DNA of 64,000 nucleotides from Octopus vulgaris (Eukaryota): NCBI GenBank assembly GCA_951406725.2, contig OX597827.1, positions 6,076,001 to 6,140,000 of the forward strand, read 5' to 3'. Shown piece by piece: positions 13,361 to 26,280 of this stretch (position 1 is its first letter; each line of letters starts with the position of its first letter). The notes under the pieces were generated by a model. It saw only the letters and a program-made list of their open reading frames with translations, ran no database searches and was not told where the DNA came from. The position numbers and the translations under genes were made by a program.

Positions 13361-16300
13361 AATGACGATGACAACAATGACAACAATGATGATAATGATG
13401 ATGATGACGACATTGATGAGGAGATGATGATGATGATGATCACCATGACGATGACAACAATGACACCAATATCAGTATCTTGTATATCTAGAACATATAT
13501 GTGATGGCAGATGAACTTTGAGCAAGCGTAATTCCCATTCTGCTTCTAATTCCATCTTGTAAGTTATTTCCCTTCATTTGCATAATTAATATTCAGCAAA
13601 GGGGCCGGGCAGAAAGTACAATTGTTACAACTTCACTTTTCTTCTCCACTGAATTTTTGTCAATAAGGTTACTCTTGCCACACTGGACATCGATGATTAC
13701 AAATAATCATACATTTGACCTTTCACCATTCGGTTTACTTGGGTGAGGAATAAATAGTATTTCATCTGTAAATTCTTCATTACTAAAGGTATGTTGTATA
13801 TCTAATCACCTCATACCTAAAGTATTGCGTCTGTAATTACTCTCTATGTTGGCATTGGTGCCAGTAATCATTTTATACTATGGTAATCCATAATCTTTGT
13901 GTGAAATCAAACAGTATATTGTGTTTGTTAATTCTCTCCTGCAACCGGTTTCGTAATGATCTTCCCCACCTGTCTCACTAATTACTGGTTCAATTACCTT
14001 CAGATTTTCCGTTGTTTCCTCTTTCAAGTACATTGGTTTTGACTTTAATAATGACATTAATAGATCAATCATTAGGGATTTACTCCATCTCACACAATCT
14101 AGTTAGTTAGGTATGTGGCTAATTATCTCCCCCCCCCACCTCTCTTTCTCTCACTTTTCCATCTCGCCCAACCCCCCGCCGTCCCCATCATACCATCCAA
14201 CCCCAGATGTCTTCCGCTGCTTGTAGTGTGACATTATCAGAACACTGAATTCACTCATTCCCCCCTATCACATCTCTACATGACACTTTCACCTGGATTA
14301 CCTGCTCATCAACTGTCTCATTTACAGATAAACCTTCCCTGCTTGTTCTGACACTGAAACTTCTTACTAATGAGTTGGCCACATTAACAATTCCAGGGCA
14401 TCGTTTTCCTCAATATCACTAATTGTCAATGGCTAGAACAATTCTATTTCTCTTACCTCTCTTAATTTCCTTTCCTAGTCATAAATATTTCCTGTCTTTC
14501 ATAATTAACTTTATACATTATCAAATTTCACCAGATTTTCCCCCTTCTTCTCTCAATATATTTCAATTAAAACTCATACGTAACTTTTGCATATATTTAT
14601 TTACTTATTTATTTATTTACTTTATTTATTAATCTATTTATTTATTTTGCTTGCAGTTTGGTGTGGAGGAGGAAGAAAAAGAGGCTGTACTGTGTTGGTG
14701 GACTTGTAAAACCGGTGAGCTTGATATAAGTGGCGTTCCTCTTGAACTGAACTGACGCTCAACAAAACATGGACAGGAAGAGAATACCAGGGTGTTAATG
14801 TACTGTGAAGGAAAGGATTAAGTTAGGAAATGGTGCAGTGCCACACAATATGCATGTCAGCAAGAAAAGGCGTGGGAAGGGGAATCAGGAGTGCTTGAAT
14901 GGAAGTGACACAACACCAGCTGGGAGGAGAAGATAGCATTGTAGTCACACCAGAAGAGGCAAAGTCTGGAGGAAGGACATCTCTGAGCCAGAAGTTGGAA
15001 TATGTTTGCAAGTGACTTCATGTCAGCATGGCTGTGTGGTTAAGAAGTTCAATTTTCATTCACAGGACTTTGGTTCAATTCCACTGTGCGGCACCTTGGG
15101 TATGTGCCTACACTAGAGGCGAGCCAATGCATTCTGATTGAAATGTATAATATGATGTGTGTGTGTGTGTATGTGGGTGCTTTTGTGGTTGTCTTTTTCT
15201 ACTTGAAGAATAGTGTTGGTTTGTTTATATCCCTGAAACTACATTTCAGCAGAAAAAACCCCCCAAAAACAAAGAAAGTACAGGTGTGTTTGAATGGTAA
15301 GAAGTTTGTGTGTGTGCGCATGCTTGTGTCTCCGTTTGTTCCTCACCACTGCTTGATAAATGGTGTCAGTGCATTTACATCTCCATAACTTAGCAGTTCA
15401 GCAGAAGAGACCGACAGAATAAGTACCAAGCGCAAAAAAAAAGTACTTGAGTTGATTTTACAGACCAAACCCTTCGAAATAGTGCCCCAGTAACGAAAGA
15501 AATCTGGAAAAGGGTAAGAGTGATATTTCTAATGGAGTGAACAATGACCCCTACAGAAGGTCCTTCCGTTTGCTCCCTACAATATTTTAGAAAAAAAACT
15601 ACTACATTAGTAACTTATTAGTTCAAGGTAGACGAACTTCACTCAAGTAGGTTGTAACCTTCTTTAACATCATCTAGCTGCTTCTTCACAGATGATGAAA
15701 TAGATTTTCTGCAAATACAGAAAAGAGAAAAAAATAAAAAACACCAATGGCAAAATGCCTCTCAACTCCAAGCCATTTGTAGTTTTTACTTTGACTCTAA
15801 ATATATTTAAGTACTGCGTATCAATAAACTATAGTTTCCCCTTTCATAATACTAAAACATCATTGTCATATTCCAATCAATGTTAACTGTTTTTGAAGTA
15901 GCAATCGAAGACCATAAATTTGCTTTTATCTGTTTGCGAAAATTTTGATATTATGTATGGTAAACATTATAATGAACTTTCTGTGTATCTATTTAGTAAT
16001 CATCACCACCACCACCAATACCACCACCACCACCACCATCACCACCACCACCATCATCATCGTTTAATGTCTACTTTCCCCATGCTGGCATCGATCAGAT
16101 GGAATTTCTTGAGGCAGATTTTTTTACAGCTGGATGCCCTACCTGTGGCTAACCTTTACTTGTTTTCAAGCAAAGTAATTTTTCCCCCATGGCCATACAT
16201 GTTTCACATGAAGGATTGTAAATGAACATCACCTCTACAATGGAGATGCTCATTTGCAACCATTATGTGTTGTCAAGATGAGGCTATACACATACACACA

Positions 16301-16624
16301 TATACATACATACATATATATGTTCTCACACTTACACACACACACACACACATATATATATATGTAGTTGAAATTATATAGAAAAACGAAGGCAAGTATA
16401 TGAACAAGAAAGTGTAATAGTTTGATCCTCAGGAAAATGAAAATGTCCTTCTTCCTTCGAGCCTACACTCTTCAACATGGAGGAATAAGAAAAAAGAAAC
16501 AATGAAAGAATGAAAAAAACTTGTAGATTTCAATGGTTCATATATGTGTGTGTGTGTGTGTGTGTGTGCATTTATATTTATGTATGTGCATGTGTATATG
16601 TACATTTATGTGTATATATATTTA

Positions 16625-16980
16625 TGCGATGCCAGTGCCGCCTGACTAGTCCGATGCTGGTGGCACATAAAAAGCACCATTCAAGTGTGATTGTTGCCAG
16701 TGACACCTGACTGGCTCCCATGCCAGTGGCATGTAAAAAGCACCATTCAAGCGGGGTCGATGCTAATACTGCGTGACTGGCCCTCGTGCTGGTGGTACAT
16801 AAAAAGCATCCACAACACTCTTGGAGTGGTTGGCATAAGGAAGGGAATCCAGCTGTAGAAATTCTGCAAGATCAGATTGGAGCCTGGAGCAGCCTTCTAG
16901 CTTGCCAGCCCCACAGTCAAACTGTCCAATCCATGCCAGCATGGAAAGCAGATGTTAAACTATGATGATGATGATGATGA
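16625..16980 (+). mobile_element. RTE LINE 3'UTR fragment
   Basis: Three GGCAYRTAAAAAGCA units and a (GAT)n tail. Confidence 0.8.
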
Positions 16981-17186
16981 TGTGCATGTATGTGTACATG
17001 TGTGTGTGTGTGTTCCGCTGAGGTCGACATTGCCTTTCATCCTTTTGGGGTCGATAAATTAAGTACCAATTACGCACTAGGGTCAATGTAATCGACTTAA
17101 TCCCTTTGTCTGTCCTTGTTTGTCCCCACTATGTTCAGCCCCTTGTAGGCAATAAAAATAAAAAATATATATATATATGGTGGTTG

Positions 17187-17217
<31 letters not shown>

Positions 17218-17704
17218 ACTGATGATGATGATGATCACTAACAGATACACAGAAAGTTCATTATATACAAACACACACATGGTGGGCTTCTTTCAGGTTC
17301 CATCAACCAAATCAATTCACAAGGCTTTGGTTGGCTCTAGGTTATTGTAGAAAATACTTGCCCAAGTTGCGGAACAGTAAGACTGAATCTGTGACCACAT
17401 GCTTCAGAAACAAGCTTCTTAACCACAAAGACATGCCTCGTGTAACCTGAACATACTTCTCTTTTTATGGGCAGAGGAAAATGGACCATGGCTATGACAC
17501 TTTACAAGACCACTGAGGTGGGGAGGAATAGAGAAATGGCTTTTTACACCAGTCACCAGGTCAGAATGCTTACAACTGAATGGACTTCACATGGAAGTCA
17601 ACCATGAGCCACATGGTGGTGGTGGTGGTGGTTGTGTGGTGGTTGTGTGTTGGTGATGGTGCTGTTGAGCTGTTGCTGTTGAGCAAATGGTCTTCGTCCC
17701 AGAG

Positions 17705-18048
17705 CTAACAAGATGGGAGAATTCCGAAACGTGGTTCTTTGCTATTCGTAAGACCCGCAGAAGAGAAAGCAGGTCAACCCCCGACACCGAGAGCATTGAC
17801 AGATAGATGAATGTGCATCCAGGCTCAGCGGTAGCATAGGAAGTCGGAGACAAGAAACAAGAAGAAAGAGTGAGAGAAAGTTAGGGCGAAAGAGTACAAC
17901 AGGGGTCGCCACCACCTCCTGCTGGAGCCTCGTGGAGCTTTAGGTGTTTTCGCTCAATAAACACACACAACGCCCGGTTTGGGAATGAAAACTGCGATCC
18001 TTCGACCGCGAGTCCGCTGCCCAAACCACTGGGCCATTGCGCCTCCAC
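17705..18048 (-). mobile_element. SINE family C (TGGAGGCGCAATGGCCCAGTGG head)
   Basis: tRNA-like A/B boxes; related copies at 31137-31422 (+), 35635-35935 (-), 36850-37115 (-) and 37620-37810 (-). Confidence 0.8.
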
Positions 18049-18528
18049 GTTGGTGATGGTGGTAGTATTGTTGGTGGTGGTTATAACCCATGCAATGTAT
18101 TAAACTTACTACTCCAACAGAAGCACCTGTAGGGCTGAAGGGGTTGTCAGATCCAACCTATGCTTTTATTGGGGCAGCATTTTGGGTTTACTGTATAAAC
18201 CTGTACCAAGGGGGCACACTGCAAAGTGAAGGGCTGCCCTGGGTGGCACACTTGAGTTATGTCACTGACCTCAGGTATGGCACTTCTAATGGGAATCTAC
18301 ACAGATTCTGTCTACCAAACTTCATTGAAAATGATTTGGTTTACCTAAGGGTTATGATAGAAAGCACTTGCCTGAGGTGCTAGAAAGCAACATCAAATCT
18401 GAAATCATATACGTAGCTGACAAATAAAATTTCCAAACCAAAACAGCCATGTAAACACTTAAAGAGAAATATGATTCATATCAGCAAATATTTACTTTAA
18501 TGACCATAAAATTGTAACTAATGCCAAT

Positions 18529-18561
<33 letters not shown>

Positions 18562-18728
18562 CACACACATATACGTACACACGTATACGTATACATATAC
18601 ATACACACACACACACATATATATATACATACACACACACACATATATATACATAAATATATAAACATGTGTATATATATATGTGTGTGTGTGTTTATAC
18701 AAGCATGTATTGTATGCATGTGTGTATG

Positions 18729-18790
<62 letters not shown>

Positions 18791-19167
18791 CACACACACA
18801 TGTATGTATGTATATATATATGTATATATATATTTATATGTACATTTTCTTATTTATTTATTTAAGCTTTAGATAGTGATTTACCACACCCAGCCTGCAC
18901 CTGTCTCATTCTCTGATTTATTAGATCTCACATCTACAGAGAAAGGCTGATATAGTATCAATAAATAAGATTTTTTTGTTTTTGCGAATGTCAGACAAGG
19001 TATTTCTTGATGGAGAAAATGATGTGAGAATATGACATTAATAGTGATATCAACGATGCTGATGTTAGTAATGGTAGTGGTGATGATGATGATGATGGTG
19101 GCGGTGGTAGTGGTGGTAGTAGGAACAATGAACAATACTGTTGACAATACTCTGGTGGTATTGATAA

Positions 19168-19403
19168 GGCGGCGAGCTGGCAGAAACGTTAGCACGGCGG
19201 GCGAAATGCTTAGCGGTATTTCGTCTGCCGTTACGTTGTGAGTTCAAATTCCGCCGAGGTCGACTTTGCCTTTTTAATCCTTTCGGGGTCGATAAATTAA
19301 GCACCAGTTACGCACTGGGGTCGATGCAATCGACTTAATACCTATGTCTGTCCTTGTTTGTCCCCTCTGTGTTTAGCCCCTTGTGGATAATAAAGAAATA
19401 GGT
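19168..19403 (+). mobile_element. SINE family B (GGCGGCGAGCTGGCAGAA head; Nin/Deu-like central domain)
   Basis: B-box GAGTTCAAATTCC followed by GTCGACTTTGCCTTT..ATCCTTTCGGGGTCGATAAA. Further degenerate copies near 2590, 17014, 21320, 44860, 51100, 51340, 55460 and 55735. Confidence 0.85.
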
Positions 19404-19861
19404 ATTGATGTCGTCTGCACAGTTTTTGTCAATGCTAAAATTTATCTCCCAAAGTGTTTGTTGACCCAAGTTTATGGAAGAAATCGCTTACCCAAAATAC
19501 TGCAGCAAAGTGGAATAGAACCCAGAATGACCACATCATTGAAGAGTGAGCCTTTTCACCACTGAGCCCATTCCTATATTTATGGGCCTATGGGGAGTAT
19601 GGGAAATAACATTAGCAAAAAAATAGATTTAATGACAAGAATGGTAATAATAATGACAATGATGTGATGGACAATGGTGCCGGTACTGCCACTATTGCCA
19701 TTTCCAATGAGGATCGTGGGAAGATGAAGGATGGGGGAAGAGGAGGAGTGGCAGGACAATATTCATGGATATTTGTGTTATGTGATGGAGACTATTGGTA
19801 GTTCTGTTCTTGGAGGCGTTGGGAATGTATAGTAAAACTGATCCTAACTGACATTGTATTT

Positions 19862-20008
19862 TTCTCCTTCTCTCTCTGTCTTTCTCTTTGTCCCTCTCTC
19901 TGTCTGTCTCTGTCTCTGTCTCTCAATTTCTCTCTCTCTTTCTCTCTCTTTGTCCTTCTCTCTGTCTGTTTGTCTCTGTCTCTGTCTCTCTGTCTCTCTG
20001 TCTCTCTG

Positions 20009-20093
<85 letters not shown>

Positions 20094-20106
20094 GTCTCTC
20101 TCTCTC
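19862..20106. repeat. (TC)n/(TCTG)n microsatellite
   Basis: Seen directly. Confidence 0.95.
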
Positions 20107-20944
20107 AGGATTAACATTTAGAATTCATTGCGGAACAGCTTAACCAGGATCTTTTGTGGTTTAGTCATGTGTATAAGCTGAATAGGATGCCATTCTTACA
20201 CATCTATTCCCCTTCCTACATACAATGTCTGTTCCTGAGATGATAGGGAATGTTTTTATGCTGGAAGGCCCTGTTGAAGTTAACTGACATCTGACACAGC
20301 CACATTCAAGTTAAATGCCTCCTGACAACTGCCTTAAAAAAATAGTTATATTACTAAATCTATTATTTCATATGATATAATTATAAGCGCAGGCATGGCT
20401 TAGGGGTTAAGAAGCTCACTCTGCAACCATGTGGTTTTGGGTTCAGTCTCGTTGCTCAGTACCTTGCCTTGTGAGTAAATCTGATAGAAGGAAACTTTGT
20501 CGAAGCCCATTATATGCGTGTGCTTTTGTGCTTGGGTTTGTTCCCCGTCACTGCTTGACAACAGGTGATGGTTTGTTTATATTTCCATAACTTAACGGTT
20601 TGGCAAATGAAGCCAACAGAACAAGCATGAACTTTAAAAATTAGTACTTGGGTTGATAAATATGGCTAAGCCCTTGAAGACTGTGCCCCAGCATGGTCAC
20701 AGTCCAATAACTGAAATAAATAAAACTAACAAAATGTGAAAACAGGGCTCAGTTCCAGAATAAGCACATATTTTATTTTATTTTTTATTTTTATCTAGTT
20801 TCAGCTCACAAGCTGTGGCCATGCTGGGGCACCGCCATGTAGGATCAAGGATGAAATTTTGGGACATTTTTTGGAAAAAAGTGTTTTTTAAAGGTCGTTG
20901 AATATGGTGCTTCTTTTTTGTTTTACTTCTAGTGTAAAAAGGGT

Positions 20945-21290
20945 AAAGATCCCGACTCCCACTTTGATCATGAATGACCATGGAATTGCACCTAGAAAGT
21001 TCCTCTCTGAGGCACAAGTCTGCACAAAGTTGTGTATAGAAGACCAGCAGTCGCCCATGCATACCAACCTCCCCTCTTCATGCCACTGATGTTAACCAAG
21101 GGAAAGGCAAAGACTGATACAGCTTGACACCAGTGATGTCGCAACTTATTTCTACATCTGAGTGAACTGGAGCAACATGAAATAAAGTGTCTTGCTCAAG
21201 AACACAACACACAACCCGGTCCAGGAATTGAACTCACTACCTCATGATTGTGAACCCAATACTTTAACCACTGAGCTATGTGCCTTCACA
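20945..21290 (-). mobile_element. SINE family D (Meta/MESC-like domain)
   Basis: Minus strand has a tRNA-like head then TTGAGCAAGACACTTTATTTCATGTTGCTCCAGTTCACTCAG. Related heads near 26325 and 32835. Confidence 0.7.
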
Positions 21291-22345
21291 CTTCTAGTGT
21301 AAGGTAATAACATTTTTGGAAAGCTGGCAGAATCATTAGCATGCTGGGCAAAATTCTTGACAAAATTTCATCTGTCTTTATTTTCTGAGTTCAAATTCTG
21401 CAAGGTTGAATTTGCCTATCATCCTTATGGAGTTGATAAAATAAGTACCAGTTGTGCACTGGGCTTGATGAAATGGATTTAACCCCTCCCCCAAAATTGC
21501 TGGCCATGTGTCGAAATTTGAAACCAGTATTTTCATGGAGGTAAGGCATCCTCACTGTCTTCCTTCAAAGATATTTTACTTTCCATTTCTTAATTGTTAA
21601 GCCACCACGACCACTGCTGCTAGTGCCGAAATCGGAAATAGCTTTCCAAAAAATCCAGAGTTTCAGAAACTTGAGAATTATTTCGTAAACTTGAATACAT
21701 TTTAGAAAAGAAATAAAAAATTGTAACATAAGGAAAAGATACACATTAAAATTTAAATAAGAAGACATTTTTAAGAATCTTCTGGCTATATGTATTTTGT
21801 TAACATAGTAAAAGAAAAAAAACATGGATAAATCAAAAATATTGTCAATGTTTGTTGAATATTGATATAAGAATGTGTATGTGTATGTATGTACAAGATT
21901 TTATGGCATAAACGATGTAAGGTCATGTTAGACACACCCCAATTTGAGCAGTGAATGTTCAGGAATTAGAGGAATTAGTTTTTAGTGCATCAAAGCATGT
22001 AATATAGGCCTAACTTCACATGTAGGACCCGGGGGGTTATCTTTTGAGACATTTTTCCTAGGAAGAGTGCATCTTACAATGCACTTTTCATAAATGCTAT
22101 CAGTGAGCAGTACGAGTAGTAAAAATAATACAGTTGGTGGGGGTGAGGCTAAGAACAAGAAAGATATGATATGGCTGGGTAGTCTGTGGAACCAGTGGGG
22201 AAGAGAAGAGAGGCTGGCATATACGTTAAAATTCGTTCTAGAATAATCCAGGGAAATATTTCTCACCAGCTATATAAATCTACAACTCTTGACTTGTAAC
22301 TAGTTTGATGAGTGCCAACATGGAAACTGTGAGAATGAGGTAGAC

Positions 22346-22388
22346 GCCTCTGATGAGAACTCAATAAGGTTCGAAAATTGATTAAGGT
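22346..22388 (+). ncRNA. Minimal type I hammerhead-ribozyme-like motif (core intact, stem III degenerate)
   Basis: CCT-CTGATGA-GAAC(T)caataa(G)GTTC-GAAA..AGG. Confidence 0.45.
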
Positions 22389-22403
22389 TGTTCATCGTTT
22401 TTA

Positions 22404-22790
22404 TAGGTGCAAGAGTGGCCGTGTGGTAAGTAGCTTGCTTACCAGCCACATGGTTCCGGGTTCAGCCCCACTGCATGGCACCTTGGGCAAGTGTCTTCTA
22501 CTATAGCTTCGGGCCAACCAAAGCCTTGTGAGTGGATTTCGTAGACGGAAACTGAAAGAAGCCCATTGTATATATGTATATATGTTTGTGTATCTGTGTT
22601 TGTACACCCAACATCGCTTGACAACTGATGCTGGTGTGTTTACGTCCCCGTCACTTAGCGGTTTGGCAAAATGAGACCGATAGAATAAGTACTAGGCTTA
22701 CAAAAATAAGTCCTGGGGTCGATTTGATTTGACTAAAGGCAGTGCTCCAGCATGGCTGCAGTCAAATGACTGAAATAAGTAAAAAAAAAT
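22404..22790 (+). mobile_element. SINE family A
   Basis: Full-length match. Confidence 0.9.
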
Positions 22791-23103
22791 AAAATGTATA
22801 AATCTTCCAGCCTTTGAGTCATTTTCTTGCTTCTGCTAAATATAGATTTCAAATTTTAGCCCATTGACCCCTAGGGATCAACTGGTACTTATTTTATTGA
22901 CCCCCAAAAGAATAAAAAGTCAACCTCACAATATTTTGTTTTCTATTTTGGTGTTTATATCACCATACCTGTGTGTGTGTGTATGTGTGTGTGTGTGCGC
23001 ACGTGTGTGTATGTATGTGCGTGTGTGTGTGCGCACGTGTGTGTATGTATGTGCGTGTGTGTGTCTATATATATACATACATATATATATATATATACAT
23101 ATA

Positions 23104-23498
23104 CTAGCAGTATTGCCCGGCGTTGCTCGGGTTTGTAAGGGAAATAACTATAAAGCATTTTTAGAGAGTTATAGCCAAAAAATAGCAAAAAAATGCATTA
23201 AAAATGGAAAAAAAATGATGGTAAATTATTTTTAAATCGTTGACTCATCGTAGACATTTTTAGAGAGTTACTTCCCTTATATAATAGCGAAAAAATGCAT
23301 TAAAATGGAAAAAATGATGGTAAATTATTTTTTAAATCGTAGACTCATCGTAGACGTGCGCTAATACCCAGAAGGGCTTGATATGAATCACGACTATAAG
23401 ATACCCGCTTTTGGTTACACTGCACCGCAAAATGTGGGAGTAGTTAGGAATCTAAATCATAGGAGACAGACACACAACCTTACTTTTATATATAAAGA
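23104..23498 (-). mobile_element. Non-autonomous Helitron
   Basis: On the minus strand: 5' TC start, 3' CTAG end preceded by hairpin CCCGAGCAACGCCGGG, inserted between A and T. Confidence 0.8.
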
Positions 23499-23506
23499 TA
23501 TATATA

Positions 23507-23747
23507 CAGGGCTGACCAAAAGTCACCTGACAGTAAATCAAAAACTATTCAATTCCAAGATTAAAACAAAAACTTATTTTATATGAGAATTCGTTAATAA
23601 ATGGACAAATGCTGGAGAAAGAATGGTGATAATAACTCATAACATTCAATTATTAAACATTCATAATTGGAATGAATAAATAAAATTGGATATTAAGTAT
23701 TTATGGAATTCTTTGATTAACTGTCAGGTGACTTTTGGCCAACCTTG
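23507..23747. mobile_element. Tc1/mariner-family MITE
   Basis: TA|CAGGGCTGACCAAAAGTCACCTGACAGT ... ACTGTCAGGTGACTTTTGGCCAACCTTG|TA. Confidence 0.85.
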
Positions 23748-23759
23748 TATATATATATA

Positions 23760-23941
23760 TATTTTTTTTTTCTCTCCTTGTTTCTCTCCGTGTTTCTTTT
23801 CTGTGTATCTTTCTGTTGAAGAGCATAGGCTCGAAACGTTAAAGACTTGCTTTATTTATATTCCTGAGCGCCATACCACTACAATTGTTTGTTTGTATTC
23901 CACCTGCCTTCGTCTTTTGTTTATTTTCATAAAGCTTCCCG

Positions 23942-23945
<4 letters not shown>
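23760..23945 (+). mobile_element. Short Penelope-type terminal element with a hammerhead-like motif
   Basis: CTGTTGA A GAGC-ATAG-GCTC GAAACGT; near-identical to 44439-44629; embedded in (TA)n. Confidence 0.6.
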
Positions 23946-23982
<37 letters not shown>

Positions 23983-24402
23983 CATATATTTCATTCAAGC
24001 ATAGTAGACAGAAACTGTGTGAAGGCGTAGTGTTATACATGTACGTGTGTGTGTCTTTGTTCACTCGCACTGCTTGACAATATATATATTTCATTTATAT
24101 ATATTTCATGAAAGCATAGATAGGTCAAGGCATGGCTGTACAGTTATGAAGTTCACTTTGAAACCACACAATTATCTTGGAAATTTTTGTTCACTTACAG
24201 AATACGATAAAGAAGTATTTGTTGATCTTACTAAAAAAGACTTAAGTGATATGGCAGTAGAATTACTAAAACATGCTTCTGTTGAGTTTGCCTTTCAATA
24301 TTTACCATCAGCTGCTAAATATCATTATGATTCCAGATTAGTCCTTCCCTTAGAATGGATAGTAATTAACCCTGATTCCGATAAAAAAATATTACTCATA
24401 TA

Positions 24403-24808
24403 GGCGCAGGAGTGGCTGTGTGGTAAGTAGCTTGCTAACCAACCACATGGTTCCGGGTTCAGTCCCACTGCGTGGCATCTTGGGCAAGTGTCTTCTGCTA
24501 TAGCCCTGGGCCGACCAATGCCTTGTGAGTGGATTTGATAGACAGAAACTGAAAGAAGCCTGTTGTATATATGTATATATATATATATGTATGTATGTGT
24601 GTGTTTGTGTGTCTGTGTTTGTCCCCCTAGCATTGCTTGACAACCGATGCTGGTGTGTTTACGTCCCCGTCACTTAGCGGTTCGGCAAAAGAGACTGATA
24701 GAGACTGGGCTTACAAAAAGAATAAGTCCCGGGGTCGATTTGCTCGACTAAAGGCGGTGCTCCAGCATGGCCGCAGTCAAATGACTGAAACAAGTAAAAG
24801 AGTAAAGA
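24403..24808 (+). mobile_element. SINE family A inserted into the fossil ORF
   Basis: Full length, with ATATA at 24398-24402 and 24809-24813. Confidence 0.92.
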
Positions 24809-25223
24809 ATATATGAAAAATTAATGTGGCTATTCGCCACACATGATTTTGATAAATCAAAATTTCATAAATTCATGTTACAAAACTTTCCTAAAGATGA
24901 AGTTTTTAAGGAAATTCTTGAAAACTATCCGCAAAACCAAACAATTTCCACATTTCAAATCCTTATGTATGTGTTTGGAAGTAAATCAAGTTCAAGTTGT
25001 GACTACACTAAAAATATGGAAATTCTAAAAATGTTTGAACCTTTTGAGAGATTTTTTTCGCTGTTCCAGGATAATTGCAAAGTTGAAAAGATGTTAGTTT
25101 TTTTTTAAATATTTCTACCCATGATGCTTTATTATATGTAATTTTAATCTTCCTAATCTGTGGTTGCTTTAAAAAAAATCCTGTTTTATGATTCAACCTC
25201 TATATGGTTGGGCGACTCTTTAA

Positions 25224-25667
25224 CCCATTAGTATTTAACCCTTTAGCATTTAAACCGGCCATATCCGGCCAGAAGTATTCTGCCTGTTTTATGTTCAAAC
25301 TGGCCAGATCTGGTCTCTCACACCAACCCTACAATATCATTTTAAAAATTAACAGCTTCCTCATCAAAATCTCATAACTACAAGATAATGCATTATTAGT
25401 TCAAAACAATGTGGATAAAAAAGCATTAATTTTGGCAGAATAATGTGAACACTAAAGGGTTAAACCGGCCATATCCGGCCAAAATATTTAATCTGTTTTA
25501 TGTTCAAATGGACCAGATCCAGGCTCTCACACCTACCCTACAATGTTATTCTACATTAAGTAATTGCACCATCAAGATCTTGAAGATATGAGATAATGCA
25601 TGATTAATTCAAATCAATGGGAATCAATAAACATTATGCTTGATAGAATAATCTGAACAATAAAGGG
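25224..25667. mobile_element. Older piggyBac-family MITE containing a nested younger copy
   Basis: TTAA|CCCATTAG ... TAAAGGG|TTAA outer ends; the body is related to 12771-12991. Confidence 0.8.
25239..25459. mobile_element. Young piggyBac-family MITE nested at an internal TTAA
   Basis: TTAA TSD, CCCTTTAG/CTAAAGGG TIRs, nearly identical to 12771-12991. Confidence 0.9.
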
Positions 25668-25875
25668 TTAAAAGTTCTTTCAATAATTATTTTGTGTGGA
25701 TGTTGTTGGCCGGTGTCTTCTGCTGTAGCCATGGATTAACCAATACTTTGCAAGCTGTAAGTGAAACAGGTAGGTAAAATCTGAGAGAACTCCGTTATGT
25801 ATGTAAGTATGTATGCATGTATTTATGTATATATATGTATGCATCTATGTATGTACATATGCATGTATGTATGCA

Positions 25876-26280
25876 TACTCTTTTACTTGTTTCAGTCATT
25901 TGACTGCGGCCATGCTGGAGCACCGCCTTTAGTCGAGCAAATCGACCCCAGGACTTATTCTTTGTAAGCCCAGTACTTATTCTATCGGGCTCTTTTGCCG
26001 AACCGCTAAGTGACGGGGACATAATCACACCAGCATCGGTTGTCAAGCAATGCTAGGGGGACAAACACAGACACACAAACACATACACTCACACATACAT
26101 ATATATACATATATACGACAGGCTTCTTTCAGTTTCTGTCTACCAAATCCACCCACAAGGCATTGGTCAGCCCGGGGCTATAGCAGAAGACACTTGCCCA
26201 AGGTGCCACGCAGTGGGACTGAACCCGGAATCATGTGGTTGGTTAGCAAGCTACTTACCACACAGCCACTCCTGCGCCTA
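25876..26280 (-). mobile_element. SINE family A
   Basis: Full-length match. Confidence 0.92.

Noticed and set aside
19168-19260. SINE heads as real tRNA genes
   Set aside because: A/B boxes are present, but there is no clean cloverleaf and they run into SINE bodies.
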